DNA of 30,654 nucleotides from an uncultured Phycisphaeraceae bacterium. GTDB lineage: Bacteria > Planctomycetota > Phycisphaerae > Phycisphaerales > UBA1924. Location: positions 1 through 30,654 of the forward strand of contig CAZMPE010000001.1 of NCBI GenBank assembly GCA_964567955.1, read 5' to 3'. The position numbers and the translations under genes are program-made. Positions within the stretch are counted from its first letter, which is position 1, and each line of letters opens with the position of its first letter. Shown here piece after piece: positions 25,691-30,654 of the stretch. A model generated the notes under the pieces. The model was not told the DNA's origin. It made no database searches and saw nothing but the letters and a program-made list of their open reading frames with translations.

Positions 25691-25864
25691 ATGCTGCGCT
25701 GGTCCATCGCCTTTCTCATCGTGGCCCTGATCGCCGCCGTGCTCGGGTTCGGCGGTATCGCCGCGGATGCCGCGGGCATCGCCAAGGTCCTCTTCTTCAT
25801 CTTCCTGGTCTTGTTCGTTCTGTCCCTTGTGTTCGGCGGCCTCCGCAGGGGCGGCAAGCCGTAG
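25691..25864 (+). CDS. DUF1328 / UPF0391 (YtjA-like) small membrane protein, 57 aa
   Basis: [57 protein letters not shown]; too short for the ORF track. Confidence 0.9.
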   Translation: MLRWSIAFLIVALIAAVLGFGGIAADAAGIAKVLFFIFLVLFVLSLVFGGLRRGGKP

Positions 25865-25924
25865 CGCGCCCTGTTCCGGTGAACCCCGGCGCCGCACCTC
25901 CGGGTCTGAGAATCATGACAAAGC

Positions 25925-25961
25925 AGAAACGGGCCGCCCGGCCTTCCGGGCGGCCCGTATT
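25925..25961. terminator. Terminator hairpin between DUF1328 gene and paralogue 2 (U-tract better on minus strand)
   Basis: ACGGGCCGCCCGG-CCTT-CCGGGCGGCCCGT perfect 13-bp stem; TTTCTGCTT follows on the minus strand. Confidence 0.8.
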
Positions 25962-25983
25962 CAGTTGTTCCCCGGAACTGTGC

Positions 25984-26862
25984 TCAAGCGCGACGCCGGC
26001 GGGCGCCGAACAGTCCGGCGAGGCCGAGCAGCGCAACGGCCGAAGGAGCCGGGATGATGGACACATTGTCCCAGGCCAACGCGTTGCGATTGCCGTTGCC
26101 CGAGTTCGTGCCGCCGAACAGCCGGAAGCCGGTCGGCGTCGGGGCTCCGGCCGCGCCGCCGAAGAGGTATCGGTCAACAGGATTGTGCACGACCGTCGTG
26201 TTGGTCGTCAGATCCGTGATCGAGACGCTCAGAATCTGATTGGTGCCCAGATCGAACGTCGTGCCCCACCGGTACCAGTGGTCCATCGCCAGGTTCTGGA
26301 AGGCCGGGTCGGGCACCGACTCCGTCAGCTGCGTGCCCGCGGCGTTGAACCAGACGTAGTCGGCGTTCCAGGCGCCGCCCGTGGCCGTGTTGGCCCAGCG
26401 GGCCAGGCCGATGAACGACTGCTGCCCGGGAAAGACCTGCGTGGAAAAGCTCCCGATGTTCTGGGAGAACGGGGCTCCCGCTCCCAGGAGGGCCGTCGCG
26501 GCCGCGATATCAAAGGACGCCGTCCAGACGCCGGTGCCTGATCCGTACGTGATGTCCCGCTGCGCCCGCGAGAACGGCTGCGGCAACCCCTGCGCCGGGT
26601 CGGCCCCGATGGAGGCCGCGAACTGCGTGCCGCCAGTCGGATTCAGCGGAAGCCCCAGGGCGTTGCCGGCGTAGGTCATCACCAGGCCGTCCTGGCTTCC
26701 CGCGACCGGGATGTAGAACCCGTCCTGCCCCGTCAGGACAGTGCCGGCGGGCGATCCAGCGTAGGTGTTCGGCTCAAACCCCGTGGTGAACTGGGCCTGG
26801 GCCTCGCTGCCTAGCGCGACGGCCAGCGCAAGAACAAACGGACTCGAGAATCGAACGGTCAT
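25984..26862 (-). CDS. Secreted PEP-CTERM-like (IPAP) protein, paralogue 2 (292 aa)
   Basis: AAAGGAGGAG RBS, signal peptide ending AQA, C-terminal IPAPSAVALLGLAGLFGARRRRA. Confidence 0.85.
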   Translation of the reverse strand: MTVRFSSPFVLALAVALGSEAQAQFTTGFEPNTYAGSPAGTVLTGQDGFYIPVAGSQDGLVMTYAGNALGLPLNPTGGTQFAASIGADPAQGLPQPFSRAQRDITYGSGTGVWTASFDIAAATALLGAGAPFSQNIGSFSTQVFPGQQSFIGLARWANTATGGAWNADYVWFNAAGTQLTESVPDPAFQNLAMDHWYRWGTTFDLGTNQILSVSITDLTTNTTVVHNPVDRYLFGGAAGAPTPTGFRLFGGTNSGNGNRNALAWDNVSIIPAPSAVALLGLAGLFGARRRRA

Positions 26863-27146
26863 GTTCTCCTCCTTTGGCAAGTCGCCAAACCGTCCGGCAG
26901 CGGCGCTCCCGGACATCTTGTCTCTCTTTGGACTGTAACGCGCGCCCCTGATCGGCCCCAAAGGAAATGCGCCCGCAAGATCGGAAAATCCTGCGCCCGC
27001 GCCCTTTGTTCGGGCCCTGCTTACGAGGTGTTGGGCAGAAGTTTGCAGCTCGATGATGACGCCGCGCACAGCACGATTCCGGACTTCGCGATCGAGTTCG
27101 ACCCCGCCGCCCGATTCACGCCGGACCCCGCATCCATCCGGTCCGC

Positions 27147-28160
27147 TCAGAGCCACCGCGCCCGTCGGAACACAACAACAAGGGCCACCGCCAGAGCCCC
27201 GAGCATGCCGCACACGATGATGAAAGCCCACGGGTTGTCGCTCCCGGGGATGCCGCCGACGTTGATCCCGAGGAGCCCCGTGATCAGGCCGAGGGGCAGG
27301 AAGATCGCGGCCACAAGCGACAGCAGATACATCGTCCGGTTCATGTGCTCGGCGATCCGGCTGGCCAGTTCCTCCTGCGCGATCGCCGCCCGCTCGCGGG
27401 CCGCGTCCAGGTCCTCCACGTAACGAGTCACGCGATCCGCGGCGTCGCGAAGCCGGCCCAGATGCGCCCTCTTCAGCCATTCCGGTGGCGTGGACGGCGC
27501 GCGAAAAAGCGCCTCACGTTGAGGGGCCAGATAGCGACGCAGCATGATGCACTCGCGACGCACCTGCGCCAGGTCCCGCCGCAGCGTCTTCGCCGGTGAC
27601 GTGACCAGAATCTCCTCGAGATGGTCGACCCTGTCCGAAAGGTCCGCGATCACCGGCTCCATCCGCTCGGTCAGACGCGAGGCCAGAGACACGAGCAACT
27701 CGGGTGCGCCCACCGGTCCCCGCCCGGCCCCAAGGTCATCGCGCAGGTCCTGGGCCGCCAGCAGCCGGCGGTGCCGCACCGTGATGACACGGTCCTTCTG
27801 CACCCACGCCCGAAGGGAGACCATGTCCTCAGGGTCCGCCCCGGGGTTCAGGTTCACGCCGCGCAGATTCACCAGCAGGCCGTCCCCGATCGCCTCCCAG
27901 CGCGGCCGCGTCTCCTCTTCGAGCAGAGCGTCGGCGACCTCGGGCGAGAGCCCCGCCTCCCGGCGGACCCAGGCCCCCGACGCAGCGCCGACGCGATCCA
28001 GATGAACCCAGAGGTGCCCCTTCTCGCCGGTCCAGTTGCGGACGCCCGGCCAGTCGAGGGACACGGCGCCGCCCCGACCGTCCATGAGGAGCGCGGCCAG
28101 AAGCCCATCAGGCACGTCGGTGTGCATCGGTATCTCCGGGTCCTGAGCGATCCGGGCCAT
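27147..28160 (-). CDS. zntB: CorA-family zinc transporter ZntB
   Basis: LWVHLDR, EETRPR, VNLRGVNLNPGADPEDMVSLR, RRYLAPQREAL, FLPLGLITGLLGINVGGIPG (GIN signature), two C-terminal TMs. Confidence 0.9.
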   Translation of the reverse strand: MARIAQDPEIPMHTDVPDGLLAALLMDGRGGAVSLDWPGVRNWTGEKGHLWVHLDRVGAASGAWVRREAGLSPEVADALLEEETRPRWEAIGDGLLVNLRGVNLNPGADPEDMVSLRAWVQKDRVITVRHRRLLAAQDLRDDLGAGRGPVGAPELLVSLASRLTERMEPVIADLSDRVDHLEEILVTSPAKTLRRDLAQVRRECIMLRRYLAPQREALFRAPSTPPEWLKRAHLGRLRDAADRVTRYVEDLDAARERAAIAQEELASRIAEHMNRTMYLLSLVAAIFLPLGLITGLLGINVGGIPGSDNPWAFIIVCGMLGALAVALVVVFRRARWL

Positions 28161-28202
28161 GGTACTCGCCGCCCGCCAGGACGCTCCCCGCCGTCGTCCG
28201 CC

Positions 28203-28240
28203 AAAACGAGAACGGGTCGCCCGGAAGGCCGGGCGACCCG
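28203..28240 (-). terminator. Intrinsic terminator of paralogue 3
   Basis: Minus strand CGGGTCGCCCGG-CCTT-CCGGGCGACCCG-TTCTCGTTTT, perfect 12-bp stem. Confidence 0.8.
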
Positions 28241-28264
28241 AACGGAGCAGAGAGTGACCGCGAT

Positions 28265-29131
28265 TCAGGCGCGGCGGCGACGACCGGCGAAGAGACCGCC
28301 GAGGGCGAGCATCGCCATCGAAGCCGGGGCCGGAATGATCTCAAAGTTGTCGAAGCCGAAGACGTGGATGTTGTTCGCGCCGCCGCCCGCGAAGAAGCGG
28401 ACGTCCGTCGGAATCGCCTGCGTCGGGTTCGCCCCGCCCGCCAGGTACCAGCCCATGGCCGAAACATCGACGACGACGGGCGCGGCCGCGTCGTGCAGGT
28501 TGTCGATCGACACCGACAGAATCTGGTTCGTGGTGAAGTCCCACGTCGTCGACTGGCGGTACCACGTGTTCAAGCGGAGCGCATCCCAGTCCGGGCCGGG
28601 GAGCGTGTTGGCCTGCTGAACGCCCGCCGCGTTGAAGAACACGTAGTTCGCGTCGTAGGCGTTGCCCGTGGCCAGGTTGTCCCAGGTGTACAGCGTCTGC
28701 CAGAACCGCGAGGTCGCCGACGGCTGCAGCGAGAAGCTGCCCAGGTTGTTGATCGCCGGCAGGACGCCGCCGAACCGGTCAAAGTTGATGTCGAACGACG
28801 CCGTGTACGTGGTGTTGGACAGGAAGTTGATCGCGTGCTGCGCACGACCGAAGCCGGAGGCGCCGAAGTTCTGAACCGCGGCGAACTGGGCGTTGCCGGT
28901 CGGGTTGTTCACCAGACCCACCGCGTTCCCCGCGTAGGTGAAGACCTTGCCGTCCGTGCTGCCGTTGACCGGGTTGTACCACCCGTCCTGGCCGCCGCCG
29001 CCGAACCCGTTGGTCAGCGCGGTGCCCGCGGCGGAACCCGCGTAGGTCGGGGGCTCAAAGTTGGTGGCGTACTGCGCCTGAGCCGCGCCCGTCAGCGCCA
29101 AGCCCGCGACAATCGTGACTGCTTTGAACAT
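28265..29131 (-). CDS. Secreted PEP-CTERM-like (IPAP) protein, paralogue 3 (288 aa)
   Basis: GGAGAG RBS, signal peptide ending AQA, C-terminal IPAPASMAMLALGGLFAGRRRRA. Confidence 0.85.
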   Translation of the reverse strand: MFKAVTIVAGLALTGAAQAQYATNFEPPTYAGSAAGTALTNGFGGGGQDGWYNPVNGSTDGKVFTYAGNAVGLVNNPTGNAQFAAVQNFGASGFGRAQHAINFLSNTTYTASFDINFDRFGGVLPAINNLGSFSLQPSATSRFWQTLYTWDNLATGNAYDANYVFFNAAGVQQANTLPGPDWDALRLNTWYRQSTTWDFTTNQILSVSIDNLHDAAAPVVVDVSAMGWYLAGGANPTQAIPTDVRFFAGGGANNIHVFGFDNFEIIPAPASMAMLALGGLFAGRRRRA

Positions 29132-29310
29132 TGTTCTCTCCGTTCCGTTTGACGAACTGCTCTCCGCGTAGCTCTCTCCGCGTACCGGCTTCTACCGGGA
29201 CGACAAACAAACTCGACCCGGCGCCGTCGGCACGCCGTGAAAACTGCATCAAGGTCGCGGCAGCCTATCGAAACCCAAACGCCGCGCCGTGACGGAGTCT
29301 CCGGTAGTTC

Positions 29311-29338
29311 ATTGTGCACGAGATTCGGAGTTCAGCAA
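29311..29338 (-). promoter_or_regulatory. Putative sigma70 promoter TTGCTG-N16-CACAAT for paralogue 3
   Basis: Hexamers read directly; T-rich tract upstream; spacing one short of optimal. Confidence 0.45.
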
Positions 29339-29658
29339 CCAAAATCCCCCAAAAAGGAGGGAATCATGAGAAGATTCCCCCCAGAATGGAGCCACGCAAG
29401 GCGGTCGGTCGCTCCCAGGTCACAACCCTGTGAATCTGGACAACGCAGATCGGTGTTGGTACGGCTGGTGTGCGCCGAAAGAGCCGGGCGCCGGGCCCAT
29501 CACAGCTGCGGCCGGCGACCCGCGGCACAGAGACGCGACGCCCTTAGACTGCCCCGAGCCCGCGTGCGCGGCGGTCCGAGCCGCACGGTGGCGCACTCCC
29601 GGCCCTCCGGACCGAAGCGTCACCCGCCTCCCGTGCGTGCCGGCCAGGGAGCGCTCGC

Positions 29659-30006
29659 ATGGGCCTGATCCACGAGTTCAAGGAGTTCGCCGTCAAGGGC
29701 AACGCCGTTGACATGGCCGTCGGCATCATCATCGGCGCCGCCTTCGGCAAGATCGTCAGCTCGCTGGTCAACGACATCGTCATGCCGCCGATCGGCGTCC
29801 TGCTGGGCGGCGTGGATTTCAAGGACCTCGAGTGGGTGATCAAGGAAGCGTCGGTCGACGCGGCCGGCGCCGCGATCCCCGCGGTCTCCGTCCGCTACGG
29901 CATGTTCCTCAACACCGTGATCGATTTCCTCATCGTCGCCTTCGTCATCTTCATGGTGATCCGGACGATGAACCGAGCGCTGCGCAAGCGGCCCGCGCAG
30001 GCCTGA
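29659..30006 (+). CDS. mscL: Large-conductance mechanosensitive channel
   Basis: [41 protein letters not shown]; [16 protein letters not shown]. Confidence 0.97.
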   Translation: MGLIHEFKEFAVKGNAVDMAVGIIIGAAFGKIVSSLVNDIVMPPIGVLLGGVDFKDLEWVIKEASVDAAGAAIPAVSVRYGMFLNTVIDFLIVAFVIFMVIRTMNRALRKRPAQA

Positions 30007-30012
30007 CGCCGC

Positions 30013-30654
30013 TCAGTTCCCCCCGTCCTTGCGGAGCAGTTCGATCTGGCCCTGCCGCGCCTCATCGATCGCCTCGCCGAGGATCCGCGCGGCCTCCTGC
30101 GGCGCGTGGAAGCCCATCGAGTTCTCGGCGTTGATGAAGTCCACGCGGTACTGCGCCTTGCGCTGGAGCGCGCGGGCCTCCGCGAGATGCGCGTCCGGAA
30201 CCCCGCGGGCCATGGCCTGCTCGAGCTCGCCGATCAGGCCGACGACCGCGTCGAGGGCGCGGTCCATGAGCTGCTTGGTGCGGTCCTGCACCGCGAACAC
30301 GCGCTCCTTGATCTCGTCCTCGCCGTAGCGGTGGCACACCTGGCAGGCCTTCGAGACGTTGAGGAGCGGGCTGCGGACGTGGTGGTCGCTGATCTTCATC
30401 GCGCCCTCCCTCACGTAGGGCATGTGGCAGTCGGCGCAGGAGACGCCGGAGCGCGCGTGGATGCCTTGGCTCCACAGCTCGAACTCCGGGTGCTGCACCT
30501 TGATGACGTCGGCGCCGCTGATCTTGTGCTTGAAGTCGGAGAAGGGCGCGCCATCGGAGAACTTGTACTCCGCGTAGTAGGCCTCCATCGCCTCGGCCTT
30601 CACGCCTTTGTGCCACGGGAAGAAGAGGAGCGCCTTCGAGGCGCAGTAGTACTC
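30013..30654 (-). CDS. nrfA: Ammonia-forming cytochrome c nitrite reductase c552 subunit, C-terminal part (gene starts right of window)
   Basis: Open frame to window edge: [22 protein letters not shown] (KxQH diagnostic motif), heme motifs CADCH and [23 protein letters not shown]. Confidence 0.92.
   Translation of the reverse strand, partial: EYYCASKALLFFPWHKGVKAEAMEAYYAEYKFSDGAPFSDFKHKISGADVIKVQHPEFELWSQGIHARSGVSCADCHMPYVREGAMKISDHHVRSPLLNVSKACQVCHRYGEDEIKERVFAVQDRTKQLMDRALDAVVGLIGELEQAMARGVPDAHLAEARALQRKAQYRVDFINAENSMGFHAPQEAARILGEAIDEARQGQIELLRKDGGN

Noticed and set aside
25246-25700. Active prophage or integrative element at ssrA
   Set aside because: No integrase and no second copy of the ssrA 3' end within the window.
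23883-28240. Repeated hairpins as a CRISPR array
   Set aside because: Copies are about 2 kb apart, each sits after a stop codon with a U-tract, and there are no cas genes.
23938-29131. Paralogues as a diversity-generating retroelement or invertible cassette system
   Set aside because: No reverse transcriptase, recombinase, adenine-specific TR/VR pair or flanking inverted repeats; all three look independently expressible.
29366-29668. 100-aa ORF with strong AAAGGAGG RBS upstream of mscL
   Set aside because: Codon pattern is not gene-like, the product is Arg/Pro-rich without motifs, and the RBS/ATG fall inside the palindromic promoter region of paralogue 3. It cannot be fully excluded without Ribo-seq.

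Overview
Very GC-rich bacterial chromosomal window with no integrase, transposase, CRISPR array or rRNA/tRNA that I can see. Gene content suggests Planctomycetota, probably Phycisphaerae (inference from the VPAP/IPAP-type PEP-CTERM proteins and the prenyltransferase-repeat operon). From left to right: the 3' end of pckA, then tpiA-secG-yicC, an APH-like kinase and a secreted PDZ protein. Next is a 4-gene envelope operon of unknown function (membrane-anchored coiled-coil protein, small secreted Q-rich partner, secreted prenyltransferase/squalene-oxidase-repeat barrel, NPCBM-like protein). It converges on an isolated murE-murF-mraY cassette lying behind queA. Then come a SpoIID/LytB lipoprotein divergent from a PrcB-like lipoprotein-dprA pair, lexA with a long leader, a methyltransferase and ispD. 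The right-hand part holds three paralogous secreted PEP-CTERM-like genes interleaved with tmRNA (ssrA), a DUF1328 gene and zntB, followed by mscL and the 3' part of nrfA. The best leads are: (i) the three paralogues, each with its own promoter and a near-identical terminator hairpin; (ii) the 4-gene envelope operon; (iii) an NrfA carrying EYYC instead of EYYF (possible Tyr-Cys cross-link); (iv) the lexA promoter/leader; (v) SpoIID near the mur genes. All calls come from motif recognition by eye; no database searches were run.
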